Positions 26,467-35,882 are shown, counted from the stretch's first letter. The stretch: 64,000 nt of DNA from Candidatus Woesearchaeota archaeon (GCA_016192945.1 JACPTE010000021.1:3989-67988), one strand, 5' to 3'. The notes: generated by a model not told the origin, from the letters alone. Made by a program: numbers and translations.

Positions 26467-27181
26467 TTCCCCACTTGTGGAGCTTGTACATTATTATCCT
26501 CCAGAAAAGTGTCATGCCGTATTTTATGCTCTTTTTGAGGCTTATTGTTGAGGATTCCTTCTCATAGCGTGTTATTATTGGTATCTCAGCCATCCTGAAC
26601 CTGAAGTATCTGCACTGTATTATCGCCTCTTCGTCAAAAGTGAACCCGTTTGAGTTTTTCTGGTAGGGTATTGTTTCAAGGGCTTTCCTGCTGTATGCTA
26701 TCAGCCCTGTTGCAGCGTCAGTGAGTTTGGTTCCGAGCATTATGTTGAAATAGGCTGTCAGCATCCGGTTTCCAATCCTCTTGTACAGGGGCATGCCTCC
26801 CTTTTTTGCAGAGCCCTTGGCCATCATCCTTGAGCCGTATGCCACATCTGCCTTTCCATCCAGTATTGGCTTTATGAGCGCGGGTATTGCCTTTGGGTCG
26901 AACTGGTAGTCAGGATGCAGCAGCACCACAACATCAGCCCCCCTTTTCAGGGCCTCTGTGTAGCATGTTTTCTGGTTGCCTCCGTAGCCCTTGTTCCTTT
27001 CGTGCCGTATTACAGTCAGCCCCAGTTTTTTTGCAACCTTTACAGTTGCATCCCTGCTCACATCGTCAACAAGGATTGCTTCATCAATGCAGCCCTTTGG
27101 TATGTCTTTGTATGTCTTCTCAAGAGTCTTTTCTGCATTGTATGCAGGCATTACAACAGTTATTTTCTTTCCCCCTTTCAT
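26432..27181 (-). CDS. GT2 glycosyltransferase
   Basis: MPAYNAE, DDVSRD, NKGYGGNQK, HPDYQ, GGMP.YK. Confidence 0.92.
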   Translation of the reverse strand: MKGGKKITVVMPAYNAEKTLEKTYKDIPKGCIDEAILVDDVSRDATVKVAKKLGLTVIRHERNKGYGGNQKTCYTEALKRGADVVVLLHPDYQFDPKAIPALIKPILDGKADVAYGSRMMAKGSAKKGGMPLYKRIGNRMLTAYFNIMLGTKLTDAATGLIAYSRKALETIPYQKNSNGFTFDEEAIIQCRYFRFRMAEIPIITRYEKESSTISLKKSIKYGMTLFWRIIMYKLHKWGIRKFYLLERNP

Positions 27182-27208
27182 CAGATATCCACCCTTGCCC
27201 GGATAATT

Positions 27209-27296
27209 TCGTAAATTGCGCTAATTTTGTTGGCGTATCATTACGCAATTTACGAGATTAGAATTGCGCAATCAATAGTCTAATCTGCGCAATTCT
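27209..27296. promoter_or_regulatory. Two adjacent inverted repeats sharing an AATTGCG core, between divergent genes
   Basis: TCGTAAATTGCG...CGCAATTTACGA and AGAATTGCGCA...TGCGCAATTCT, followed by TATATAAA. Confidence 0.55.
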
Positions 27297-27383
27297 CTAT
27301 ATAAATTTTGCTAAACATCATATTCAGCCTATCATAAATTTTTTATACATGCTGCGACCCTTGCCTGGCAGGTTGATTTTTCA

Positions 27384-28991
27384 ATGGTTAAGCTGATGGG
27401 AGAGTTGGGGTGGCTGGCTTTTCTGGCTGTCGTGTTCATTGCTGCTGTGCTGGTAGTGAATCCTGTTGGCGATTTTTCCCTGAATGACGATTTCAATTAC
27501 GCCTTCAGCGCAAGGACCCTTGCAGAAACAGGGAGGATTGCCTTTCCATATCTTCCCTCTCCGACCATGATTTTCCAGGTCTTTTTTGGGGCGTTCTTCA
27601 TGAAGGTGCTGGGGCTCTCGTACACTGCCTTGAGGGTTTCCACCCTGCTCATGGCATTTTTGGCTGTGGCTTCATCCTTTTTTATCATGCGGGAGCTGGG
27701 GTTTGGCTCTGGGAAGAGCTTTCTTGCCGCCCTCCTGCTGTTGTTCAATCCCCTTTTTTTCAGCCTCAGCTTTTCATTCATGACTGATGTTCATTTTGTG
27801 GCGCTGATGCTGCTTTCAGCGCTTTTTTACATAATTGGCTTCAAGGGAAACAGGCTCTTTTGGCTTTTTCTCGGCTCTGTTTTTTCAGTTTTCGCATTTC
27901 TTGTAAGGCAGAATGGGGTGTTGATTCCTGTTGCTGCCTTGGCATATTTATTGGTCAGGGACAGGAGGCTTGATTTCAGGAGAGCGCTTGTAGTTTTTGC
28001 CTTTCCGCTGGCATTGATGGCTGCTTATATGTACTGGTACGTTTTCCTAGAGGGAACTACGCAGGCATTTTCAGGGATGGTTTCCCAGACCCTTAGCCTT
28101 GGCTGGCTTCCTTACATTCCATTCAGGCTTTTTGCGTTTTTCGAATATATCGGCATTTTCCTTTTTCCATTGTCTGTTTCCCTGTTTGCAGGCAGGGCTT
28201 TCAGGAGAGGCAATGTAGTTTTTGCCTCTGCTTTCATGGTTTTGGGGCTTGCAGGATACTTTGCTCTCCTGTACCTGTTCCACCTGGGGTTTCCTCAGCT
28301 GCCTAACTACATTAATCAGCATGGGCTCGGCCCCAGCTATCTCCAGGGCCTGAAGAGCCCTGATTTGTCTTCTGCATTGCCCATTATAGGGCTCTTCGGG
28401 ATAGTCTCTGCATCATTCCTTGCGGCTGCTCTCATATCAGCGAGGGGCAGCATTCTGTCCGGCTTCTCTTCAATCAGGTGGCTCGTTTTCATTCTGGGCC
28501 TGCTGCTTTTTGGTTTTCTTTTTGTATTGGAGTCTTATTTTGACAGGTATCTTCTCCCGGTTCTTCTTCCTGCCATTGCCGTTGCTTTTTACGCATCCAG
28601 CAGGTTTAGGGTTAATGAGTCGCTGCTGGCATTGTGCATAGTTCTCCTTGCAGTGTTTTCGGTTGCAGCAACACATGACTACTTGTCCTGGAACAGGGCC
28701 AAGATGGATGCGATAGGCTATCTTCACCAGCAGGGGGTTGGGAACATCAACATTGATGGGGGTTATGAGTTTGACTGCCAGAATTTCTGCCTGCAGCCCC
28801 AGCCAGCCAGGGCAAATTCCACAAGGGATTACGATCCTGTCTGGGTGAAGCACTCAGCTTATGTGATTGACACCAGGTATGTTGTTGCCTTCAGCCCTGT
28901 GCCTAATTATGTTCAGGTTAGGAAGTTTGGCTACTTTTCTTTGCTGACTATGCGGGATGAAGGCATTTATGCCTTGAGGAGGAGCGAATAG
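27384..28991 (+). CDS. ArnT/PMT-like (GT39/GT83) membrane glycosyltransferase
   Basis: LNDD..Y, FMTDV, RQ.G, FDRY and DGGYE motifs; ~13 TM helices. Confidence 0.8.
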   Translation: MVKLMGELGWLAFLAVVFIAAVLVVNPVGDFSLNDDFNYAFSARTLAETGRIAFPYLPSPTMIFQVFFGAFFMKVLGLSYTALRVSTLLMAFLAVASSFFIMRELGFGSGKSFLAALLLLFNPLFFSLSFSFMTDVHFVALMLLSALFYIIGFKGNRLFWLFLGSVFSVFAFLVRQNGVLIPVAALAYLLVRDRRLDFRRALVVFAFPLALMAAYMYWYVFLEGTTQAFSGMVSQTLSLGWLPYIPFRLFAFFEYIGIFLFPLSVSLFAGRAFRRGNVVFASAFMVLGLAGYFALLYLFHLGFPQLPNYINQHGLGPSYLQGLKSPDLSSALPIIGLFGIVSASFLAAALISARGSILSGFSSIRWLVFILGLLLFGFLFVLESYFDRYLLPVLLPAIAVAFYASSRFRVNESLLALCIVLLAVFSVAATHDYLSWNRAKMDAIGYLHQQGVGNINIDGGYEFDCQNFCLQPQPARANSTRDYDPVWVKHSAYVIDTRYVVAFSPVPNYVQVRKFGYFSLLTMRDEGIYALRRSE

Positions 28992-29005
28992 GCTGGTGAT
29001 TTCTG

Positions 29006-29968
29006 GTGGAGCGCGTTAAATGCAGCCTGTGCGGCCTTGACAATGCGAAGCTTCTCTTCAGGGGGAGGGATGCTGCTTTTGAGGATACTGAGTTCTTCAA
29101 TCTGGTTCAGTGCAGGAATTGCGGCCTTGCATACGTGAATCCCCGCCCCTCGCCTAAGGAGATTGGGAAGTATTATCCTGATGTTTACTACTCTAAATTT
29201 GTCCCTGACAGGAAAGGGAGCTTTGTTAAGTCTGTTCGCAGAATTATTCTTGAAACATATTTTGGTTATGGAAAGGCTGGCCTTTTCAGGAAAATGGCCT
29301 TTTTCCCTTTCTATATTTTCCGCTCCCTTTTCCTCAGCAAGGGCTTTACAGTTCCCTGTGTGAAGAAAGGGAGGTTTTTGGATGTTGGTTTTGGAGGCGG
29401 CTCCCTTCTTTATGAGTATAAGGCTTTGGGGTGGGATGTTTACGGCACCGAGGTATCTGATCGCATGATAAGGAACGCTGCAGGGATTGGGGCAAGGCTT
29501 TTCAAGGGTGAGCTCAGGGATGCAAAGTTTGATGGCGATTTTTTTGATGCTGTGTACATGAGCCATGTTCTTGAGCACGTGCATGAGCCTTATTCTGTAA
29601 TGGTTGAGATTAGGAGGATTTTGAGGCCTGGAGGCTCTGCCTTTGTAGTCCTTCCCAATTTCGGCAGCCTTGAATCCAGGCTGCTAAGGGATAAGTGGTT
29701 TGTAGGGCTGCAGATACCGAGGCATCTTTACCATTTCAGCCCTTCTGCGCTAAAAAAGCTCTGCCTCAAGGCTGGCTTCAGGAGGGTTGACTTTGTTTTC
29801 ATGCCTGACCAGACCACCCTTTTGGGCAGCCTTCAGCACCTGTGGCTGATTAGGAAACTCAGGATTAATCTTTTCAGCAGGTTTTTCCTTGTTTTTTTCC
29901 TTCCACTCACTTTCCTGCTTAGCGTTTTCCACCAGTCAGGAATATTTGCGGTTTATTTGAGGAAATAA
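29006..29968 (+). CDS. Class I SAM-dependent methyltransferase with an N-terminal Zn ribbon
   Basis: CSLC...CRNC, LDVGFGGG, HVLEH, PRHLYHF. Confidence 0.9.
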   Translation: MERVKCSLCGLDNAKLLFRGRDAAFEDTEFFNLVQCRNCGLAYVNPRPSPKEIGKYYPDVYYSKFVPDRKGSFVKSVRRIILETYFGYGKAGLFRKMAFFPFYIFRSLFLSKGFTVPCVKKGRFLDVGFGGGSLLYEYKALGWDVYGTEVSDRMIRNAAGIGARLFKGELRDAKFDGDFFDAVYMSHVLEHVHEPYSVMVEIRRILRPGGSAFVVLPNFGSLESRLLRDKWFVGLQIPRHLYHFSPSALKKLCLKAGFRRVDFVFMPDQTTLLGSLQHLWLIRKLRINLFSRFFLVFFLPLTFLLSVFHQSGIFAVYLRK

Positions 29969-30016
29969 AGCCTTTTTTCCATAAAAATTATAAACAATGC
30001 GCATCCCATTTTTTCC

Positions 30017-30235
30017 ATGGAGGCCAAGTCAACAATAGAGATTCCGAAGGGGCTTGCTGAGCGCCTTAAGAAGAGGAGCGTTGAGGCTGGCTTTGATTCT
30101 GTGAACAGCTATGCTGCCTTTGTGCTTGAGCAGGTTCTTGGCAGCGTTCAGAAGTCCGGCTCCAGGGAGATGGCATCTGGCAGCGCTGAAGAGGAGCTTG
30201 TAAGGAAAAGGCTGCGAAGCCTCGGTTACGACTAA
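30017..30235 (+). CDS. CopG/RHH-like protein with C-terminal RLRSLGY motif
   Basis: TIEIPKGLAERLK....GFDSVNSY..FVL ribbon-helix-helix; ends EEELVRKRLRSLGYD. Confidence 0.8.
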   Translation: MEAKSTIEIPKGLAERLKKRSVEAGFDSVNSYAAFVLEQVLGSVQKSGSREMASGSAEEELVRKRLRSLGYD

Positions 30236-30384
30236 GCTGTTTGTCAGGCCTTTATTGAAGAAACTGCTTCTCTGCTTTCCTGCTCCTTGTTGTAAGATTA
30301 TACATTTTAAAACCAAAAACTTTAAATATGACATAATTTTACGATAAATTCTAATTAAGGTTTATTAAAACCTGGGGTGGCAAA

Positions 30385-30603
30385 ATGCCTGGCAAAACAA
30401 CAACAGTTTCAATACCAAAGCCGTTATTTGACAAGATAAAAAGACTCTGCGAGGGGACTGGGTTCAACTCTGTAAGCAGCTATGTTACTTACGTGATGAG
30501 GCAGGTCTTGTCAGATACAGGCCCTGAGAAGAAAGACAATCCCCTGTCGCCTGATGAAGAGGAAAAAATCAAGAGGCGTCTGCGCAGTTTGGGGTATCTC
30601 TGA
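30385..30603 (+). CDS. CopG/RHH-like protein with C-terminal RLRSLGY motif (paralog)
   Basis: TTVSIPKPLFDKIK...TGFNSVSSYVTYVMR; ends EEEKIKRRLRSLGYL; overlaps the next start (TGATG). Confidence 0.85.
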   Translation: MPGKTTTVSIPKPLFDKIKRLCEGTGFNSVSSYVTYVMRQVLSDTGPEKKDNPLSPDEEEKIKRRLRSLGYL

Positions 30604-32030
30604 TGGCCAGATTCTTTGTGCTTGGGCTTGATGGAGTTCCCCCTGAGCTTCTGTTTGAGAAATGGAGCTCAGAGCTTCCGAACATACGCGGCCTTATGGA
30701 AAGGGGGGCGTATGCTGGCCTGGACTCAACAATTCCCCCTGCCTCAATAATAGCGTGGTCCAGCTTCGCCTCTGGCAGGGATGCCAGCGAGCTTGGGATT
30801 TACAGCTATACCCGCAGGAATCCTGAAACAGGCAGGACAGAGCTTGTAAATTCAACTGATGTCAGGGCTGACTTGATTTGGGATATACTCTCAAAAAAGG
30901 GAATGAGGAGCATAGTGCTTTTTGTTCCCCTTACTTTTCCTGCCAAAAAGATAAATGGGATAATGGTCACTGATTTCCTTACGCCTGGGATTGATTCAAA
31001 CTGCTGCTATCCGGCTGAGCTGAAGGAGTACATAAAAACCCTGGGCAACATGGAGCTGTTCTTTGATGTTGCAGGCTTTACAGAGTATAAGGGGCTTGAG
31101 CCTGGTTTATTGCTGCAGAACGCCTACAAGATGACTGAAATGCACGTGAGCCTGATTAAGCATCTTCTTCAGACAGAGAAGTATGATTTTTTCATGGCTG
31201 TGCTTCTCGGCACAGACAGGGTGCAGCACATGCTTTGGAAGTACTTTGACAAGCAGCACAGGCACTATGAGGACAGTAAGCTGTCAGGGGAATTGCTTGA
31301 TTTTTACAGGTTTATTGACAGGAAGGTTGGCGAGATTCTGGCGCTTCTGGACTCGGATACCACAGTGATAATGGCATCTGACCACGGCATGAAGGGCACT
31401 GAGGGCAAAATCAATCTTAATGACTGGCTTGTTGACAACGGCTACCTTGTCCTGAAGGATTCATCCAGGAGGGAAGTGGAGGAGAACAGGAAAAAGGGCA
31501 GGCAGACAAAGCTGGTGTTTGAGGGGATAGACTTTTCAATGACAAGGGCTTACAGCATAGGCGCATACCATGCGAGGATATTCATAAACAGCAGGGCGCG
31601 CTCACCAGAAGGCATTCTTGATGAGAGGCAGAGGCTTGAGCTTATCGGGGAGCTCAAGTCAAGGCTCAGCAGGCTAAGGAGTGATACGGGCAGGGCATTG
31701 GACACTAAGTTTTTCCTGGCTAAAGACATCTATAAGAGCGCTTCCAGCAGGGAGTGCCCTGACATGATTGTTTATTTTGACAACCTTGTATGGAGCTCAA
31801 ATCCTGACTTGGGAAACAGCTCTTTATACTCGTGGAAGACTGCGGTAGGTGCAGACTGTGCAGGCCATGCCCCGAAGGGCTTTTTCATAATCTCAGGCAG
31901 AGGCATTAAGCCTGCGGGCAGGATTGGCGATGTGGATATCCACAGCATAACGCCGACCATTCTCTCAATGATGGGCATAAATGTTCCTGGGCTTGAAGGG
32001 AAGCGGATAAAGATTGTGGAGGCTGATTGA
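30603..32030 (+). CDS. Alkaline phosphatase superfamily nucleotide pyrophosphatase/phosphodiesterase-like protein
   Basis: GLDG, STIPPAS..AW, DRVQH, SDHG, H...G..I, I.PTIL motifs. Confidence 0.88.
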   Translation: MARFFVLGLDGVPPELLFEKWSSELPNIRGLMERGAYAGLDSTIPPASIIAWSSFASGRDASELGIYSYTRRNPETGRTELVNSTDVRADLIWDILSKKGMRSIVLFVPLTFPAKKINGIMVTDFLTPGIDSNCCYPAELKEYIKTLGNMELFFDVAGFTEYKGLEPGLLLQNAYKMTEMHVSLIKHLLQTEKYDFFMAVLLGTDRVQHMLWKYFDKQHRHYEDSKLSGELLDFYRFIDRKVGEILALLDSDTTVIMASDHGMKGTEGKINLNDWLVDNGYLVLKDSSRREVEENRKKGRQTKLVFEGIDFSMTRAYSIGAYHARIFINSRARSPEGILDERQRLELIGELKSRLSRLRSDTGRALDTKFFLAKDIYKSASSRECPDMIVYFDNLVWSSNPDLGNSSLYSWKTAVGADCAGHAPKGFFIISGRGIKPAGRIGDVDIHSITPTILSMMGINVPGLEGKRIKIVEAD

Positions 32031-33107
32031 ATGACACATTTTTATGAGTCAGTTGTTATAAAGACTTCAGACGGCATGACTTTCAAGAGCTATGCCAATG
32101 AGCACCCTGATGGGTTTATCATAGCAAAGCCAAAGTATATTCCTGTTGACAAGGTCAGGTCTTCACAGATGCAGTTGAGGAAGCTGGACGGGCAGGATGT
32201 GAACAGGTTCAATTACTGGGTTGACCAGGCAGAGCTTGTCCGCTACATTGACGGGTTCAGGATGGCGTATCCTGAATACTTTTATGTTTCGCCACATCAC
32301 GGGACGTGGTTTTTCTGCGTTCCAAGGGCGAGGGTTGTTGACCCTGTTGACCCGAGGCTTGGCGTAAGGAGGCTTTTGGCATTGCCTGAAAGCTCGCTGG
32401 ATGAGTATCAGAAGCTGACTGTTTCAATGATTAAGTTCATTGAGAAGAGCGGCATAGGGGTAAACAGCATAGGAATAACCAACTCAACGCTTTTGGGGAA
32501 TTACACCCACGGGAAGTCAGACATTGACATAATGATTTTCGGGACGCAGAATTACTGGACTGTTAACAAGTTCCTGAAGGCGCGCAAGCACCCGTTAATA
32601 AGGGCAAAGACACTGAAGGAGTGGCAGGACTATTTCAAGACTTACAATGCAGGCCTTAACTTCTCTGAGGAGGACTTCATATGGCATGTGCAGAGGAAGT
32701 TGAGCGATGGCTATATAGGTGACACTGTGTTCTCCCTTTTCGGGGTTGAGGAGCCTGGGGAAATCAAGGTTGGTTGGGAGGATGAGACTGCAACGAGGCT
32801 TGACTTGGTGACTGTTGAGGGCAGGGTTGTTGACGATTTCCACAGCGTTGTCAGGCCTGGATATTACATTATTGAGGGAAGGGTAATTGATGACCCTGGT
32901 AAAAGCAGCATAAAGGTAACAAAGGTCCTGACTTTTGCCCGCGACTTTATGCTCCAGGCTTTCAAGGGCGAGACTCTGGTGGCCAGGGGGGTTCTGGAGA
33001 GGGTTGTCAACAACAAGACCGGAGAGTCCCATTACAGGGTTAGTGTAGGGTATTTTGACAGCTATGTTGAGAGGATGGGCCAGGAGTTCATCAAGGTGAA
33101 GCATTAA
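32031..33107 (+). CDS. Predicted archaeal nucleotidyltransferase (COG1665-like, pol-beta fold)
   Basis: N-terminal HP.G..IA.PKY; GITNS.LLG....SDID signature; C-terminal OB-like QA..GE....G.LE. Confidence 0.75.
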   Translation: MTHFYESVVIKTSDGMTFKSYANEHPDGFIIAKPKYIPVDKVRSSQMQLRKLDGQDVNRFNYWVDQAELVRYIDGFRMAYPEYFYVSPHHGTWFFCVPRARVVDPVDPRLGVRRLLALPESSLDEYQKLTVSMIKFIEKSGIGVNSIGITNSTLLGNYTHGKSDIDIMIFGTQNYWTVNKFLKARKHPLIRAKTLKEWQDYFKTYNAGLNFSEEDFIWHVQRKLSDGYIGDTVFSLFGVEEPGEIKVGWEDETATRLDLVTVEGRVVDDFHSVVRPGYYIIEGRVIDDPGKSSIKVTKVLTFARDFMLQAFKGETLVARGVLERVVNNKTGESHYRVSVGYFDSYVERMGQEFIKVKH

Positions 33108-33108
33108 A

Positions 33109-34452
33109 ATGGCTCTTAAAAACAGCAAGGAGGGGAATTTTGAAGCGTGGTACCGCGAGCTTTTGTCAGCCTCAGGGATGGTTGATTATTCCCCTGTGCA
33201 GGGATGCATTGTCTATCGCCCGCTGTGCTATTCAATATGGGAGCTGATTAAGCAGTTCATTGGCTCAAGGCTCAGGGAGGCTGGTTACCAGGACTGCTAT
33301 TTTCCCATGTTCATCCCATTCTCGCTGATGAAGAAGGTGGATGAGCACTTCAGGGTATTCTCAAGGGAGTCTGTTATAGCTGGTGAGGCTGCAGCAGTTC
33401 CACTCAATGACAGGCTTATCATAAGGCCTACTTCAGAGATAATAATGTACGAGGTTTTCAGGGGCTGGATAAAGTCAGGGAAGGACCTTCCATTGCTTGT
33501 TAACCAGTTCTGCTCTGTTGTGAGGTGGGAAACTTACAAGAAAAACATGCCTTTGATAAGGGATAATGAGTTCATGTGGCAGGAGAGCCACTCAGTTCAT
33601 CTTACAGAAAAGGAGACAGACCTGTTTGTGAGGATGGTTTTTGATATTTACAGGGAGCTGTTTGAGGACTATCTGGCAATCCCTGTATTTGAGGGCTTTA
33701 AGCCTGAGCACAGGAAGTTTGCAGGGGCGCTTTACACGCTTGCATTTGAGGGCTTGATGCCTGACATCAAGTCTGTTCAGCTCGCAACCTCCCACAGCCT
33801 TGGCAGGAACTTCAGCGAGCCGATGGATTTAAGGCTGGATGGCAAGGCATTGTGGCAGGCCTCAAATGGGGTTACGACAAGGGTGATAGGCTCTCTTGTA
33901 ATGGTCCATAGCGATAATAAGGGGCTTGTTCTGCCGCCAAAAATAGCCCCTGTCCAGTGCGCAGTCATAGGCAGCTGCCTGGATATTCCTGGAGTAAGGA
34001 TTTACAATGATGAGAGAAAGCTTGGCAATAAGGAAAAGGTAAGTGAGCACACGCTGAAGGGGGTTCCAGTAATTATAGTTGCCTCAGGGAATTCAGCGGT
34101 TGTTTACAGGCGGGACAGGGCAGAGCCTTATTCCATTAAAGCCAGCGAATTGGGTGGCGCTGTTCCTAAGCTGCTTGCTGAAATCCAGGATGGCTTGCTT
34201 CGGAAATCAAGGGAGTTCAGGGAATCGCATTATTTTAGGACAGACGCCTGGGATGAGTTCAGGGATGTTCTGGTAAGCAAGAGGGGTTTTGCAGAGTCAG
34301 GGTGGTGCGGCGATGTGGACTGCGCTAAGAGGATAAAAGACCAGACAAAGGGCTCACTGAGGCTCATTAACCCTGTTGGCTCAGGCTCAGCCAGGTGTAT
34401 TGGCTGCAGCAATAAGGCAAGGTTTACAGGCATTTTTGCAGAGGCGTATTAA
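33109..34452 (+). CDS. proS: Divergent archaeal/eukaryote-type prolyl-tRNA synthetase, probable paralog
   Basis: F..WY, RPTSE, VRWE, EF.WQE.H, FAGA, TSH.LG.NF, T.R.IG, GLVLPP.IAP, C-terminal Zn domain and terminal Y; anticodon-binding domain shortened. Confidence 0.85.
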   Translation: MALKNSKEGNFEAWYRELLSASGMVDYSPVQGCIVYRPLCYSIWELIKQFIGSRLREAGYQDCYFPMFIPFSLMKKVDEHFRVFSRESVIAGEAAAVPLNDRLIIRPTSEIIMYEVFRGWIKSGKDLPLLVNQFCSVVRWETYKKNMPLIRDNEFMWQESHSVHLTEKETDLFVRMVFDIYRELFEDYLAIPVFEGFKPEHRKFAGALYTLAFEGLMPDIKSVQLATSHSLGRNFSEPMDLRLDGKALWQASNGVTTRVIGSLVMVHSDNKGLVLPPKIAPVQCAVIGSCLDIPGVRIYNDERKLGNKEKVSEHTLKGVPVIIVASGNSAVVYRRDRAEPYSIKASELGGAVPKLLAEIQDGLLRKSREFRESHYFRTDAWDEFRDVLVSKRGFAESGWCGDVDCAKRIKDQTKGSLRLINPVGSGSARCIGCSNKARFTGIFAEAY

Positions 34453-34453
34453 G

Positions 34454-35320
34454 ATGGCTGGAGGCATAGACTTGCATATGCACTCGTTCTATTCTGATGG
34501 TGAGCACAGTCCTGAATATCTTGCAGCGCAGGCAAAGAATGCTGGTCTTCGTGTAATTTCCCTGACTGACCATGATACTGTAAAGGGGCTTTCAGGGATA
34601 AATGGAATTGAGCTTGTCACAGGTATTGAAATCAGCTGCGATGAGCGTGACAATGGCTTTGATGACATCCACATTCTCGGGTATTTCATTGACACTGCAA
34701 GCAGGAGGCTGTCCAGCTTCTTGGAGCGGGTTGAGCATGAAAGGACAGGGCAGAAGAGGGAAATGATAAGGAAGCTACAGCAGTTTGGGGTGAAAATATC
34801 CTTTGAAGAGGTAAGGAGGATTGCAAAGGGCGAGATAGGCAGGCCTCATATAGCAAAAGTAGCCCTCATGAACAATCCGGACAAGTTCAATGCAATTGAG
34901 GACGTTTTCAGGGAATATATCGGAGTTGGGAAGAAAGCCTACTGCACAAGGAATGCCCAGCTTACACTGGCTGACACGATTGAGCTTGTTCATTCTGCTG
35001 GCGGCCTCGCCTTCATAGCCCATCCTGGCGTCTACATAAAGAAAGATTCGCTCAAGCTGATAAGCATGTTCAGGGATTTGGGCGGGGATGGGATAGAGAC
35101 GATTTACCCTTACAGCAAGGTGCTTGCAGGGAGCGTAGTGAATGGCATTCAGGAGAAAAAAATCATCAGCTCGTTCAGGAGGCTTGCCAGGTCAGGCAGG
35201 CTCCTTGAGTCAGGCGGCAATGACTTCCATGGCAGCATCCGCCCCACCAAGATAGGCGGCTTGCCTGTTCCGTATTCCTTTATTGAGGCCATGAGGATAA
35301 GGCTCGGGCTGGGGATATGA
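34454..35320 (+). CDS. PHP-domain phosphatase (TrpH/YciV-like)
   Basis: DLHMHS..SDG, TDHDT, GIEIS, HILGY, GRPH, AHP, GG.DFHG. Confidence 0.9.
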   Translation: MAGGIDLHMHSFYSDGEHSPEYLAAQAKNAGLRVISLTDHDTVKGLSGINGIELVTGIEISCDERDNGFDDIHILGYFIDTASRRLSSFLERVEHERTGQKREMIRKLQQFGVKISFEEVRRIAKGEIGRPHIAKVALMNNPDKFNAIEDVFREYIGVGKKAYCTRNAQLTLADTIELVHSAGGLAFIAHPGVYIKKDSLKLISMFRDLGGDGIETIYPYSKVLAGSVVNGIQEKKIISSFRRLARSGRLLESGGNDFHGSIRPTKIGGLPVPYSFIEAMRIRLGLGI

Positions 35321-35367
35321 CATGGCAAATTCAATATGTGTGAGGAATTCTGAGCATGCTATGGTTT

Positions 35368-35607
35368 TTACGCTGGTAATATCCTAAACCCATCATTCTC
35401 AACTTTTATCAGGACACTTTCTCCTTTCTCTAAATTTAAAGCGTGTTCCAAATCTTTTGGCAGTCTTAAAATTAAGTTGCTTCTAATCTTACCTAGCTTT
35501 GCTTTTAATACTGCTTTCTTCAGCTTATTTAAGAGTAATACTTTCTGTGCCTGTTCAGGATCATAATAAATTTCACCCATTCCTTTGACACATTTATTAC
35601 ATTTCAT
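35368..35607 (-). CDS. Zn-ribbon/AbrB-like putative antitoxin
   Basis: MKCNKC start; KLGKIRSNLILRLPKDL...L.L.KG AbrB-like C-terminal part. Confidence 0.65.
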   Translation of the reverse strand: MKCNKCVKGMGEIYYDPEQAQKVLLLNKLKKAVLKAKLGKIRSNLILRLPKDLEHALNLEKGESVLIKVENDGFRILPA

Positions 35608-35609
35608 TT

Positions 35610-35882
35610 TTATTTCCTCCTTGTGAATTTCCCAAAATGGATTAACACCCAACAATCTTCTTTTAGGATTTCATGGTAATCCTGTACAATTATAGCATTA
35701 TAAATTTTCTTTCCTTTAGCAAGCCACTTTTCTATCGTGCCTTGTTTTCTTTTTCTTGGGGCATCATATCCTTCTTCCAGGATCTCAACAACATCGTAAA
35801 TGGTCTTACCTTCCTGCATCAGTTCTCTCATAGCTGAATCACTTATCGCAATTCTAAAACCCTCATATTTATCATTGAACAT
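35610..35882 (-). CDS. DUF4258-like putative toxin
   Basis: S.SA.RE.......V.EILE.G ... WVLIHFG pattern; coupled to the downstream AbrB-like gene. Confidence 0.6.
   Translation of the reverse strand: MFNDKYEGFRIAISDSAMRELMQEGKTIYDVVEILEEGYDAPRKRKQGTIEKWLAKGKKIYNAIIVQDYHEILKEDCWVLIHFGKFTRRK

Noticed and set aside
28967..29584. 205-aa minus-strand ORF and similar long antisense ORFs (21480-22079, 32595-33128, 16462-17004)
   Set aside because: Fully overlap well-supported genes and show no motifs
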